This document shows positions 1 to 8,781 of a stretch of 64,000 bases of DNA, in pieces. This DNA comes from Sphingomicrobium sp. (GTDB lineage: Bacteria > Pseudomonadota > Alphaproteobacteria > Sphingomonadales > Sphingomonadaceae). The notes beneath the pieces are model-generated. The model was not told the DNA's origin and ran no database searches. It saw nothing but the letters and a program-made list of their open reading frames with translations. Both the position numbers and the translations under genes were made by a program. Each line of letters starts with the position of its first letter. The stretch's first letter is position 1. The DNA lies in the NCBI GenBank assembly GCA_036563485.1, contig DATCMI010000001.1, positions 516,938 through 580,937 of the forward strand, written 5' to 3'.

Positions 1-109
1 CCAACTCGCTCATGCCCAACTCGTCGCTGGCAAGGTCGAAATGCATGTCGACGATCTCGACCATGTGGCGGCGAAAGATCGCCAGATGCTCTTCGGTCAT
101 CGGCTTCAT
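1..109 (-). CDS. 5' end of a CDS that runs off the window (MKPMTEEHLAIFRRHMVEIVDMHFDLASDELGMSELG...); function not assignable from 36 residues
   Basis: Reverse-strand ATG at 109 (alternative ATG at 100) opens a frame that stays open to position 1. Missing from the ORF track because it is cut by the window edge. Confidence 0.35.
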   Translation of the reverse strand, partial: MKPMTEEHLAIFRRHMVEIVDMHFDLASDELGMSEL

Positions 110-154
110 GGGCCTGCGAACGGGCGCGCGGCTCCGCGCGTTCCCGCGGAGGTC

Positions 155-188
155 AAAGAAAAGGGCGCCTTCCGTTCGGAAGGCACCC
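155..188 (-). terminator. Intrinsic-terminator-like hairpin on the minus strand (GGGTGCCTTCC-gaac-GGAAGGCGCCC followed by TTTTCTTT)
   Basis: 11-bp stem with one mismatch, 4-nt loop and a U-tract, read directly. It lies 46 nt upstream of the minus-strand CDS start at 109, so it may be a leader attenuator or the end of an sRNA. Confidence 0.4.
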
Positions 189-306
189 TTCGGCGATCCA
201 CCTGGGTGCGAGCGGTGGTCGAAACTTGAACGATCGTGGCTCGGCCTAGACGCGTGGCGGCTTGGCCCGTAACAGCCGCGAGGCCGCTCACAGCAAGGAT
301 ATCATC

Positions 307-1596
307 GTGGCAAACGTCACCGTCATCGGCGCCCAATGGGGCGACGAAGGCAAGGGCAAGATCGTCGATTGGCTCGCTAGCCGGGCGGACATGGTCGTTC
401 GCTTTCAGGGCGGCCACAATGCCGGGCACACGCTCGTCGTGCAGGGCAAGACCTACAAGCTGTCGCTGCTTCCGAGCGGGATCGTCACCGGCACACCGTC
501 TATCATCGGCAATGGCGTCGTCCTCGACCCATGGGCGCTGAAGGCAGAGATCGAGCGCTTGTCCGAGCAGGGGGTGACCATCACGCCCGACCTGTTGATG
601 ATCGCCGACAATTGCCCGCTGATCCTGCCAATCCACCGCGATCTCGATGCCTTGCGGGAAGACGCTAGCGGCGCCGGCAAGATCGGCACGACCCGCCGCG
701 GCATCGGCCCCGCTTACGAGGATAAGGTCGGCCGCCGCGCGATCCGCCTGTGCGACCTTGCGCACTTGGACCAGCTCGACCCGATGCTCGACCGCCTGTG
801 CGCCCACCACGATGCGCTTCGTGCCGGGTTCAGCGAGCCGCCGGTCGACCGCGAACGCCTTCGCGGCGACCTGGCCGACATCGCCGAGTTCGTGCTGCCG
901 TTTGCGAAGCCGGTCTGGCGTGCGCTCGACGAGGCGCGCGGCGCCGGCAAGCGGATCCTGTTCGAAGGCGCTCAGGGCGTGCTGCTAGACGTCGACCACG
1001 GCACCTATCCGTTCGTCACTTCGTCCAACAGCGTGTCCGGCACCGTGGCGTCGGGTAGCGGCACCGGACCGTCCGCGGCGGGGTTCGTCCTCGGCATCAC
1101 CAAGGCTTACACCACCCGCGTCGGCTCGGGCCCCTTCCCGACCGAGCAGGACAATGACATCGGCCAGACGCTGGGAGAGCGGGGACGCGAGTTCGGAACC
1201 GTGACGGGACGCAAGCGCCGCTGCGGCTGGTTCGATGCCGTGCTGGTCCGCCAGGCCGTTGCAGTCGGCGGCGTTACCGGCATCGCGCTCACCAAGCTCG
1301 ATGTGCTCGACACGGTGGAAACGGTGAAAGTTTGCACCGGATACCGCTTGGACGGGGCGGAGATCGACTATCTGCCGGCGCACGCCGCCGATCAGGCCCG
1401 GGTCGAGCCGATCTACGAAGAGATAAAGGGCTGGTGCGAATCGACCGAGGGCGCGCGCAGCTGGGCCGACCTGCCGGCGCGGGCAATCAAATACGTCCGC
1501 CGCATCGAGGAACTGATCCGCTGTCCGGTCGCGTTGGTCAGCACCTCGCCGGAGCGCGACGACACCATTCTCGTTCGGGATCCATTCGCCGGCTGA
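307..1596 (+). CDS. purA: Adenylosuccinate synthetase
   Basis: N-terminus [21 protein letters not shown] (P-loop GDEGKGK), [21 protein letters not shown] and [11 protein letters not shown] motifs. GTG at 307 matches the usual PurA N-terminus better than the upstream ATG at 262. Confidence 0.97.
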   Translation: MANVTVIGAQWGDEGKGKIVDWLASRADMVVRFQGGHNAGHTLVVQGKTYKLSLLPSGIVTGTPSIIGNGVVLDPWALKAEIERLSEQGVTITPDLLMIADNCPLILPIHRDLDALREDASGAGKIGTTRRGIGPAYEDKVGRRAIRLCDLAHLDQLDPMLDRLCAHHDALRAGFSEPPVDRERLRGDLADIAEFVLPFAKPVWRALDEARGAGKRILFEGAQGVLLDVDHGTYPFVTSSNSVSGTVASGSGTGPSAAGFVLGITKAYTTRVGSGPFPTEQDNDIGQTLGERGREFGTVTGRKRRCGWFDAVLVRQAVAVGGVTGIALTKLDVLDTVETVKVCTGYRLDGAEIDYLPAHAADQARVEPIYEEIKGWCESTEGARSWADLPARAIKYVRRIEELIRCPVALVSTSPERDDTILVRDPFAG

Positions 1597-1683
1597 TCGG
1601 CCGCAAGTTCGCATTGATCCGGTACCGATGAATGCGACAGGGCCTGTTCCCGGGTTTCGGCTCGGGATCGCCCGCCACGCATG

Positions 1684-2346
1684 CTAGCCAGACGTTGCCC
1701 ACAGGGCGGCGCGGCTCGATTCATGTCCAGATGCCGAGGGCATCAGCGCGCGGAAATCGTCGGTGAAGTGCCCGTCGACGCGGATGCTCCACGCCAGCTC
1801 GCCGGTCGCATCTCCGCCATGATATTGGTTCACGGTATCGAACCACGCCGAGTGCCCGGCGACGTAAAGCTTCTCGCCCGTCACCGGGTCAAGCATGTAG
1901 AATGGCTTGGCCAGATTCGTGCGCAGCCAGATGAATTCGTGGCAGAGGTCGATGCTGTCGTGGTCGCGGTGCGGGGTGACCGCGCGACCTTCGGGATCGT
2001 ACATGATCAGCATGCGCCCGGTCGCCTGGAACGGCAGCGTGGCGATGAAGTCCATCAGTTCCGCGAATCCTCGCGCTTCCTCGCTCGCGCTCCAAAGGTC
2101 CGGCCGGTCTAGCTCGTAATAATTATCCGGCCCGTCCGATCGCGACAAATAAACCATGCGCGAGCCGGGCAGCGTTGGTGCGTCCGCCTCAAGTGTGAAC
2201 GGCCCGGTATAGAAATGCAGGTCCTCCTCGGCCGCGACGCGCCGTTCGAGCCGCTCGCGGATGTAGTGGTCGAGCCCGCGCAGCCGCGCGACATCGAGGA
2301 ACGCGTCGAGGTCCTTGTACGACGGATAAATCGCGCCGCCGCTCAC
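1684..2346 (-). CDS. Hypothetical protein, cupin / Fe(II)-oxygenase-like (Asp/Asn beta-hydroxylase-like HxD...H pattern)
   Basis: 220-aa ORF with TPHRDHD ... GHSAWFDTVNQYHGGD, which resembles the H-x-D ... FD-x4-H layout of AspH/LpxO-type cupins. GTG start without a clear SD. Divergent from the ATP-grasp/decarboxylase gene. Confidence 0.55.
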   Translation of the reverse strand: MSGGAIYPSYKDLDAFLDVARLRGLDHYIRERLERRVAAEEDLHFYTGPFTLEADAPTLPGSRMVYLSRSDGPDNYYELDRPDLWSASEEARGFAELMDFIATLPFQATGRMLIMYDPEGRAVTPHRDHDSIDLCHEFIWLRTNLAKPFYMLDPVTGEKLYVAGHSAWFDTVNQYHGGDATGELAWSIRVDGHFTDDFRALMPSASGHESSRAALWATSG

Positions 2347-2412
2347 AGCTGCAGCAGCTCAGTGGAACCAGCTACGCCGATGGGGGTTCTTTTAATTAAT
2401 AATCCCAATGAT

Positions 2413-2426
2413 TTAACCTAGGTTAA
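2413..2426. promoter_or_regulatory. Perfect 14-bp palindrome TTAACCTAGGTTAA inside an AT-rich divergent promoter region
   Basis: Read directly. It sits in the only strongly AT-rich stretch (about 2388-2427, tttaattaataatcccaatgatttaacctaggttaa) between the divergent genes at 2346 and 2534. Confidence 0.6.
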
Positions 2427-2533
2427 GCACGTCAGTGCCGCCGGGGCGCGACACCTCCGCTTAACCACAGAAGTCCTTTTCCTGACAACAAATGGGTCGA
2501 AGCCTTGGCGCCGATCCCTCGGATCGGAGTGGC

Positions 2534-4798
2534 ATGAAAGTATATGTGAGCGGGCTATATTCCGGCGGGAACCCCCAGCCGGGAGTGGGTATCGTCCGGT
2601 CCGTCCGGCAGGGCTTCCCGTTCGCGACAATCGTCGGCGTCGAATATTCGAACCGGGTCTCGGGCATCCATTGGGAGGATCTCGACGAGCTATGGATTCA
2701 GCGCCCGTGGAGCGAGCTCGATCTCGATGCGTACGGCGCGCAGGTCCGCGGCGTGCTCGACGAGGGTGGGCTTTGGATTTCCGGCAGCGACCTCGAAGCG
2801 ATGTGGCTGGCCAGCATCTTCCCCGACGGACACCGCAACCTGCTTGCCCCGCCGAACGGCGCATTCAAGCGGATTACCAAACCCAGCGTGGAGGCCGCCG
2901 ACAAGCTCCCGGTCGAGGTGCCGACCTTCATTTCGACCGACCTCCCAGATTGGGAGCTCCACGCCTTCTGCCGCGCCCACAATTGGCGCGTGTGGCTCAA
3001 GGGGCCTTATTATGACGCGGCGCGCACGCCGACCTGGGACAGGTTCATCGCGGCGCGCGACGCGCTGACCAAAGTCTGGTCGACCGATCGCCTGTTCCTC
3101 CAGGCGCACGTCAGCGGTTACGAAGAGTCGGTGATGCTCGCCGCTTACCAGGGCGAGCTGCTCGGCTGCGTCAGCATGCGCAAGCGCGACATCACGCCCG
3201 AAGGCAAAACCTGGGCCGGGGACGTCTCGCCTGTGGACCCGAAGTTCGAAGAACCGCTGCGCGAGATGGTGCGGGACCTGAACTGGACCGGCGGCGGCGA
3301 GCTCGAGATGGTCCGCGATGCGGCCGGCCAGCGCTGGCTGCTCGAGATGAACCCGCGCTTCCCCGCCTGGGTGCATGGCGCGACGATCGCGGGGCACAAC
3401 CTGCCGGCGCTGCTGGTCCAGGCCGCCGCCGGCGTGAACGCGCGCAGGGCCAAGCCGCTCGCCAGCGAGTTCACCCGGGTGGTGCTCGAAGTGCCCGTGC
3501 GAGACGAATTCCCGCTGCCGGCGCTGCCAGAGCCCTTCGCGGGCGCCATTGGCCATTCGATGAAGCATCCGTCTGGTCTGACGTCGCTCGCGGAGCGACT
3601 GCACAAGGCAGACGCCGAACTGATCGGGATCGCGGAGGAGGAAGCGGTCGCCGACGGCATCCCTCAGGTGCCCGAGACCTTCCTGGACGACATCGCCGCC
3701 TACGACCTCGAGCGCCTGCAGACGCCGGAATTCCTCTACATGGGTTCGACTGCGGAACAGCTGTTCAGGCGTGCCGGCGAGCGGGCGCACCGGCTCAGCA
3801 CCAATGAAGTGCAGGTGGTCAGCGGCTATTCGATCAAGACGAACCCCGACGAGCGGCTCATCGGCCTGGCGCTGGAAAACGGCTTCCTCGCCGAAGCGAT
3901 CAGCCTGCTTGAGGTGCAAAAGGCGCTGAAGGTCGGCTTCCGCCCCGACCAGGTGATCCTCAACGGCCCCGGGAAATGGTGGCCGGAGGGGATGATGCCC
4001 AAGGAGCGGCTCCACGCCGTCTTCTGCGACAGCGTTGCGGACCTCGACCGCTGTGTCGACGCTCTTGCAACGGGCGAGATGGACTCGCGCCACGTCGGCA
4101 TTCGCATCAGGACCCCTAATGTGGTGTCCCGCTTTGGCATCCCGCTCGACAGCCCGGGCACGTTCCGCGCGCTTGTGGAAGCTGTCGAGCGCCTCCCGGC
4201 GCACGTCGCGTTCGGCGTCCATTTCCACATGGCCAGCTCGAACATCGGCGTCGCGCAATGGTGGCACCTGTTCGAATCGATGCTCAAATGGTGCCGTGCG
4301 ATCGAACAGCTCACGGGCAGGACGATCGAAATCCTCGACATGGGCGGCGGCTGGTTCCCCGACGATTGGCACTCGAGCGACGAAAGCAGGTTCGTTCGCG
4401 CTGTCGAACGCGTGAAAGCGGTGCTGCCGCGCGTCACGCAGATCGTGTCGGAGCCGGGCAAAGCCATGGCGCAGCCCTCGATGGCACTCGCCATGCGGAT
4501 TTTAGAAATTCAGGAACACGAGGATGATTCGATCGAAGCGGTTGTCGACGGATCGATCGCGGAGCTGCCGATGTACGCTTTCCAGCCGCACCGGATCTTG
4601 CGGCAGTGCGGGGAATCCGGTGCGCTGCAGCCGCTCGGGCGCGGCAAGACGCATCTCATGGGCCGGCTCTGCATGGAGCATGACATCGTAGCCACCAACG
4701 TCGCTCTGCCCGAAGGCACGCGCGCCGGCGACGTTCTCATTTTCTGCGATGCCGGCGGCTACGACAGGAGCATGTCTTATGTATTTGGTAGAGGTTGA
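2534..4798 (+). CDS. Fusion protein: N-terminal ATP-grasp ligase domain plus C-terminal fold-type III PLP-dependent decarboxylase (Orn/DAP/Arg decarboxylase family)
   Basis: N-terminal half: GGGELEMVRDAAGQRWLLEMNPRFPAWVHG (ATP-grasp E-x-NPR core). C-terminal half: YSIKTNP (PLP lysine), HFHMASS, ILDMGGGW, SEPGKAM, FCDAGGYDRSMSY. ATG at 2534 follows GGAG; the track start at 2492 is probably too long. Confidence 0.85.
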   Translation: MKVYVSGLYSGGNPQPGVGIVRSVRQGFPFATIVGVEYSNRVSGIHWEDLDELWIQRPWSELDLDAYGAQVRGVLDEGGLWISGSDLEAMWLASIFPDGHRNLLAPPNGAFKRITKPSVEAADKLPVEVPTFISTDLPDWELHAFCRAHNWRVWLKGPYYDAARTPTWDRFIAARDALTKVWSTDRLFLQAHVSGYEESVMLAAYQGELLGCVSMRKRDITPEGKTWAGDVSPVDPKFEEPLREMVRDLNWTGGGELEMVRDAAGQRWLLEMNPRFPAWVHGATIAGHNLPALLVQAAAGVNARRAKPLASEFTRVVLEVPVRDEFPLPALPEPFAGAIGHSMKHPSGLTSLAERLHKADAELIGIAEEEAVADGIPQVPETFLDDIAAYDLERLQTPEFLYMGSTAEQLFRRAGERAHRLSTNEVQVVSGYSIKTNPDERLIGLALENGFLAEAISLLEVQKALKVGFRPDQVILNGPGKWWPEGMMPKERLHAVFCDSVADLDRCVDALATGEMDSRHVGIRIRTPNVVSRFGIPLDSPGTFRALVEAVERLPAHVAFGVHFHMASSNIGVAQWWHLFESMLKWCRAIEQLTGRTIEILDMGGGWFPDDWHSSDESRFVRAVERVKAVLPRVTQIVSEPGKAMAQPSMALAMRILEIQEHEDDSIEAVVDGSIAELPMYAFQPHRILRQCGESGALQPLGRGKTHLMGRLCMEHDIVATNVALPEGTRAGDVLIFCDAGGYDRSMSYVFGRG

Positions 4799-5438
4799 GT
4801 CCGCCGCGAAGGACCAGGCGGCGGAGGTCGTAGCCCCGGGCGCCCCGAGCGACCGTTGGGAGGAGTTCCCGTACAGCCGCTTGTCGCATCACGGTGATCG
4901 CTGCTGCGAAATGGCGCGTCAGTGGGTGGTCGCGATGGACTTCGCGCAGCTGAACGGCGCGTCGGTCGAAAGCGGCCCGCGCTGGTTGCGCGAGAAGTAT
5001 AAGTGGGGCCCGTCGCCCTGGCCGATGCATTGGTGCGACGTCGTCGAGCGCGATACGATCGACTGCGGGGCGCACGCCGCGCTCGCACTCGAAGTGTTCG
5101 CCGCGCGCGGCCTGGCCGCGTTCCCCGCCCAGCTCGTGCAGAAGTACAGCAAGGAGGCGACGGACCAGTGGCGCGGCAGCTGGGAAGCCGAAGAGGTTTC
5201 CTGCCACTGGCTCGATGGCGAGCACATCTACCATGAGGCAACCGCGGTGCTGGTCGGCACCGGCGAGCTGAAGGTCTGGGACGGCAGCGCGGGCAGCTGG
5301 GTCAACCCGCGCCAGCGCGGCGGCTATGGCAGCGTCCTGTCGATTCGGGTGTTCGCCGACAGCCCGGAGGCGATCTCGAATGGGTTCCGCTGGGGTGAGC
5401 AGCGCATCGCCGCCAACCGCTGGCAGCAGATCGGCTAG
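4779..5438 (+). CDS. Hypothetical protein with a transglutaminase-like Cys...His...Asp arrangement
   Basis: The start (MYLVEVES) overlaps the stop of the upstream fusion gene by 20 nt, suggesting translational coupling. TIDCGAHAALALEVFAARGL ... IYHEATAVLVGTGELKVWDGS resembles the C / H / D core spacing of transglutaminase-fold cysteine peptidases. Confidence 0.6.
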   Translation: MYLVEVESAAKDQAAEVVAPGAPSDRWEEFPYSRLSHHGDRCCEMARQWVVAMDFAQLNGASVESGPRWLREKYKWGPSPWPMHWCDVVERDTIDCGAHAALALEVFAARGLAAFPAQLVQKYSKEATDQWRGSWEAEEVSCHWLDGEHIYHEATAVLVGTGELKVWDGSAGSWVNPRQRGGYGSVLSIRVFADSPEAISNGFRWGEQRIAANRWQQIG

Positions 5439-5893
5439 GCGGCCCAGCGCTTCATCAGGAAATAGCGGGCACCGCCGAGCGGGTGGTCGGGAATCTGCCC
5501 GGCAATTGAATACCCGAGCCGCTCGTAAAAGCCTCGCGCCTGGAAGCTGAAGGTGTCTAGCCACGCGCCGATGCAGCCCCGCGCCCGCGACTCTTCCTCC
5601 GCGCGGCTTAGGAGGCGGGCGCCGAGGCCGTGCCGGCGATGTGCATCCGGCACGAACAGGAGCTCGATGGCCAGCCAGTCATAAAGCGTGTTGCCCCACA
5701 GGCCGCCCAGGCAGGCGCCGGCTTGGTCGCGGAGGGCGATGCAAAGCGGCCGAGCGACCGCCGGCGCCGCATTGTCCGAGTTGAATTCTATGAGGCCGCT
5801 GAGGATTGCTTGGCGAAGGTCTTGGCTCGGAGCGTCGACGATCTCGATCGTGCCGCTCCAGTAAGGCGTGGTGGGCGGTGCTCCAGCGGTCAC
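5435..5893 (-). CDS. GNAT family N-acetyltransferase
   Basis: RRHGLGARLLSRAEEESRARGC ... FYERLGY (acetyl-CoA binding motif A). It overlaps the fabI stop by 4 nt, so it belongs to the fabI transcription unit. Confidence 0.85.
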   Translation of the reverse strand: MTAGAPPTTPYWSGTIEIVDAPSQDLRQAILSGLIEFNSDNAAPAVARPLCIALRDQAGACLGGLWGNTLYDWLAIELLFVPDAHRRHGLGARLLSRAEEESRARGCIGAWLDTFSFQARGFYERLGYSIAGQIPDHPLGGARYFLMKRWAA

Positions 5894-6693
5894 ACGGTTG
5901 CGATGTCGGGCGCGTCTTCGGCTTTCATGCCGACGACATTGTAGCCGGCGTCGACGTGGTGGATCTCGCCCGTGACTCCGCTGGCGAGATCGCTCAGCAG
6001 GTAGAGCCCGGCACCGCCGACATCCTCGATCGTGACATTGCGGCGGAGCGGTGAGTTAAACTCGTTCCACTTCATGATGTAGCGGAAGTCGCCGATGCCG
6101 CTCGCCGCCAGAGTTTTGATCGGGCCGGCAGAGATCGCGTTGACGCGGATGTTCTCGGGGCCGAGGTCCATGGCCAGATATTTGACGCTCGCCTCCAGGC
6201 CCGCCTTGGCGACGCCCATCACATTGTAGTGCGGGATCACCTTTTCGGCGCCGTAGTAGGTCAGCGTCAGGATCGAGCCGCCGTCGGCCATCAGCTTGCG
6301 TGCGCGCTGCGCGACCGCGACGAAGCTGTAGACCGAGATGTTCATGCTCATCAGGAAATTGTCCATCGACGTGTCGACGAACTTCCCGCGCAGCTCATTC
6401 TTGTCGGAAAAGCCGATTGCATGGACGACGAAGTCGAGCCTGCCCCAACGGTCGCGGATTTCGTCGAACGCCTTGTCGAGCGCGTCCATGCTGCTGACGT
6501 CGCAATCGATCAGGAAATCGGAGCCAAGCTCCGAAGCGAGCGGCCGCACCCGCTTTTCCAGCGCTTCGCCCTGGTAGGAGAATGCGAGTTCGGCACCCTG
6601 GCCGGCGAGCGCCCGCGCAATACCCCAGGCGAGCGATCGGTCGTTCGCCAGGCCCATGATCAGCCCACGCTTGCCTTCCATCAACTGGCTCAA
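5890..6693 (-). CDS. fabI: Enoyl-[acyl-carrier-protein] reductase (NADH)
   Basis: GKRGLIMGLANDRSLAWGIA, YYGAEKVIPHYNVMGVAKAGLEASVKYLA and RVNAISAGPIKTLAASGI are classic FabI motifs. Confidence 0.96.
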   Translation of the reverse strand: MSQLMEGKRGLIMGLANDRSLAWGIARALAGQGAELAFSYQGEALEKRVRPLASELGSDFLIDCDVSSMDALDKAFDEIRDRWGRLDFVVHAIGFSDKNELRGKFVDTSMDNFLMSMNISVYSFVAVAQRARKLMADGGSILTLTYYGAEKVIPHYNVMGVAKAGLEASVKYLAMDLGPENIRVNAISAGPIKTLAASGIGDFRYIMKWNEFNSPLRRNVTIEDVGGAGLYLLSDLASGVTGEIHHVDAGYNVVGMKAEDAPDIATV

Positions 6694-7724
6694 AGTTGCG
6701 GTCCCTCTCTTTGCGGCTCGGCCTGCACATCTTCACCCGGCTGCGGCTCTTCGACCTCGAGCTGGTCGCTGTACGGGCCGGTGTAGATTTCGCCCTTTAG
6801 CGCCGTGGCGCCGCTTTCGGCTAGCGCCGCGTTCAACTCCGCGCCGATGACGACGCCCAGCCCGACGATGAAGAAGAACAGCAAGGCGATCATCACGCCC
6901 GCGAGGCTGCCATAGGTCAGGCTGTAGCCGCCGACGAGACCGATCGCGGCCGGCAGCAGCTCGACGGTTCCGATCCACCACAAGGTCACGAACAGCGCGC
7001 CTGGCCATTTCCGGCATCCGCGCCTGCGGTAGCGCTTCGGGGTGAGCGCCAGAAACAGCACGTAGAAGGTGAAGAAGAGCGTCAGCGCCGGGACCAGCCG
7101 GTAAAGTCCCAGGCTGTGGCCGACGTCCTGTGCGAGCGGGAATTTGACGATGATCACATGATGGATCGAGCTGAGCGCCAGGCTTGCCGCGAAAGCGATC
7201 ATCAACAGCACGACCGCGGCGAGGATGATCAGCATCGACGCAAGCCGATATTCCCAGAAGGGAGCCGAGAATTTGACGCCGAACGCGCGCCGCAGGATGT
7301 CGCGGATGGTTTCGATGAAGCTCGCCGCCGTCCAGAGTCCGACCAGCGCACCGAACCACAGGAGCGGACCGGTGCGCGCGTCGAGCACTTCGGTGATTGG
7401 TTCGCGGAGTGTCTCGGCGACGCCCCGCGGCAGGCGCATGAGGATGTTGGCGACGGTCAGCTGCGCGTCCTGGCTTTGACCAAACAGGTGGGCGATCGCC
7501 GCCGCGAGGATGAAGAAGGGGAAAAGCGCTAGGATCGACAGATAAGCGAGATTCCCCGCGTGGATGAACCCGTCGTTGTAGACGCCGATCGAGACCCGCT
7601 TCACCACTTCCCACGCCGTGAGCCGCGGCTTGAGCTTCTCCTCGACTTCCGCGCCGAACGCCGCGCGAACGCTGGCGAGCCTTTTGCGCCTGGCTTCAGG
7701 AGATTGGGGAGACGGACCTGTCAT
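6690..7724 (-). CDS. YihY/BrkB (virulence factor BrkB) family inner-membrane protein
   Basis: NDGFIHAGNLAYLSILALFPFFIL, six hydrophobic segments and an acidic C-terminal tail. 4-nt overlap with the fabI start. Confidence 0.8.
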   Translation of the reverse strand: MTGPSPQSPEARRKRLASVRAAFGAEVEEKLKPRLTAWEVVKRVSIGVYNDGFIHAGNLAYLSILALFPFFILAAAIAHLFGQSQDAQLTVANILMRLPRGVAETLREPITEVLDARTGPLLWFGALVGLWTAASFIETIRDILRRAFGVKFSAPFWEYRLASMLIILAAVVLLMIAFAASLALSSIHHVIIVKFPLAQDVGHSLGLYRLVPALTLFFTFYVLFLALTPKRYRRRGCRKWPGALFVTLWWIGTVELLPAAIGLVGGYSLTYGSLAGVMIALLFFFIVGLGVVIGAELNAALAESGATALKGEIYTGPYSDQLEVEEPQPGEDVQAEPQREGPQL

Positions 7725-7735
7725 CAGCGGAAGGG

Positions 7736-8701
7736 CTAAACCCCAAGCGATGCTCGCGGGTTGCCGCCGCCGTTCCAGTTCTCGGCAAAACGCTGAAGCT
7801 CGGCGTCGTCGGCCGGCAGCTCAATTTCGAGGCTAACCAACTGGTCGCCGCGCTTGCCATCCTTGGCCGTGAAGCCGCGGCCTTTAAGGCGGAGGACCTT
7901 GCCGGAACTGGTGCCTTTGGGAACGGTCAGCATCACCGGACCTTCGGGCGTCGGCACCTTCACCTTGGCGCCGAGCACGGCTTCCTTGAGAGTCACGGGC
8001 AAGTTCAGGCGAATGTTGGTTCCGTCGCGGGTGAAGAAGCGGTGAGGCGCAATTTCGATCGTGACGATTGCGTCGCCGCGTCCGCCGGGCCCGTCCTGCC
8101 CTTTGCCCGACAGCCGGATCTTGGTGCCGTCCTCCAGCCCCTGCGGAAGCTTCAGGTCGATCGTCTTGCCGTCGCCGAGCGTGATCCGCTGCGGCTTGAG
8201 GGCCACGGCATCCTCGAACGGCACGCGCAGGCGATAAGCGATGTCGGCGCCCTTTTGCGGCGGCTGCGCGCGCTGCCGGAACCCGCTGAACGGTCCGCCG
8301 CGGCTTCGTCCACCAGCGCCGCCGCCGCCGCCGAACAGGCCCTCGAAGAGGTCACTGAGGTCTGCGGTCTCGGCACCGCCGAAGTTGAAATTCTCGAACC
8401 CTTCAGGCGCCGCCCCGGGCCGCTGTCCGCCACCCGGGGAATAGCCGCCGAAGCCGCCGCCGAACGGCATCTTGGGATTGCCGTCCTCGTCGATTTCGCC
8501 CCGATCGTAGCGCGCGCGTTTATCCTTGTCGGACAGCAGGTCGTAGGCGGCGGTCACTTCGCCAAACCGCTTGGCGGCGTCGGGATTATCTTTGTTGCGG
8601 TCGGGGTGAAGCTGCTTGGCGAGGTTCCGGTAAGCCTTCTTGATCTCCGCCTCGCTGGCGCCGCGCTTCAGCCCCAAACGCTGGTAGAGGTCTAGTGCCA
8701 T
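7736..8701 (-). CDS. DnaJ-family co-chaperone without zinc finger (CbpA-like curved-DNA-binding protein)
   Basis: J domain LYQRLGLKRGASEAEIKKAYRNLAKQLHPDRN, a Gly-rich linker, then DnaJ C-terminal substrate-binding repeats with no CxxCxGxG motifs. Confidence 0.85.
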   Translation of the reverse strand: MALDLYQRLGLKRGASEAEIKKAYRNLAKQLHPDRNKDNPDAAKRFGEVTAAYDLLSDKDKRARYDRGEIDEDGNPKMPFGGGFGGYSPGGGQRPGAAPEGFENFNFGGAETADLSDLFEGLFGGGGGAGGRSRGGPFSGFRQRAQPPQKGADIAYRLRVPFEDAVALKPQRITLGDGKTIDLKLPQGLEDGTKIRLSGKGQDGPGGRGDAIVTIEIAPHRFFTRDGTNIRLNLPVTLKEAVLGAKVKVPTPEGPVMLTVPKGTSSGKVLRLKGRGFTAKDGKRGDQLVSLEIELPADDAELQRFAENWNGGGNPRASLGV

Positions 8702-8781
8702 GCTGCTCCCATGCCGTAAGCTTTCCCTGCTGACCAGATGGGTTGCGGCACCGAGCGCTCCAAGCCTAAGCGGCGGTCGAC

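Noticed and set aside
106-810. 234-aa ORF on the minus strand
   Set aside because: It is antisense to purA.
2364-2390. GGAAC-N16-GGTT upstream of the ATP-grasp fusion gene as an EcfG promoter
   Set aside because: The -10 element is GGTT rather than CGTT or CGTC, and the position relative to the gene start is poor. Not called.
2690-4372. 560-aa ORF on the minus strand
   Set aside because: It is antisense to the ATP-grasp/decarboxylase gene, which has clear catalytic motifs. Its translation is Arg/Ala/Gly/Pro-rich with no motifs, which is typical of a GC-rich shadow ORF.
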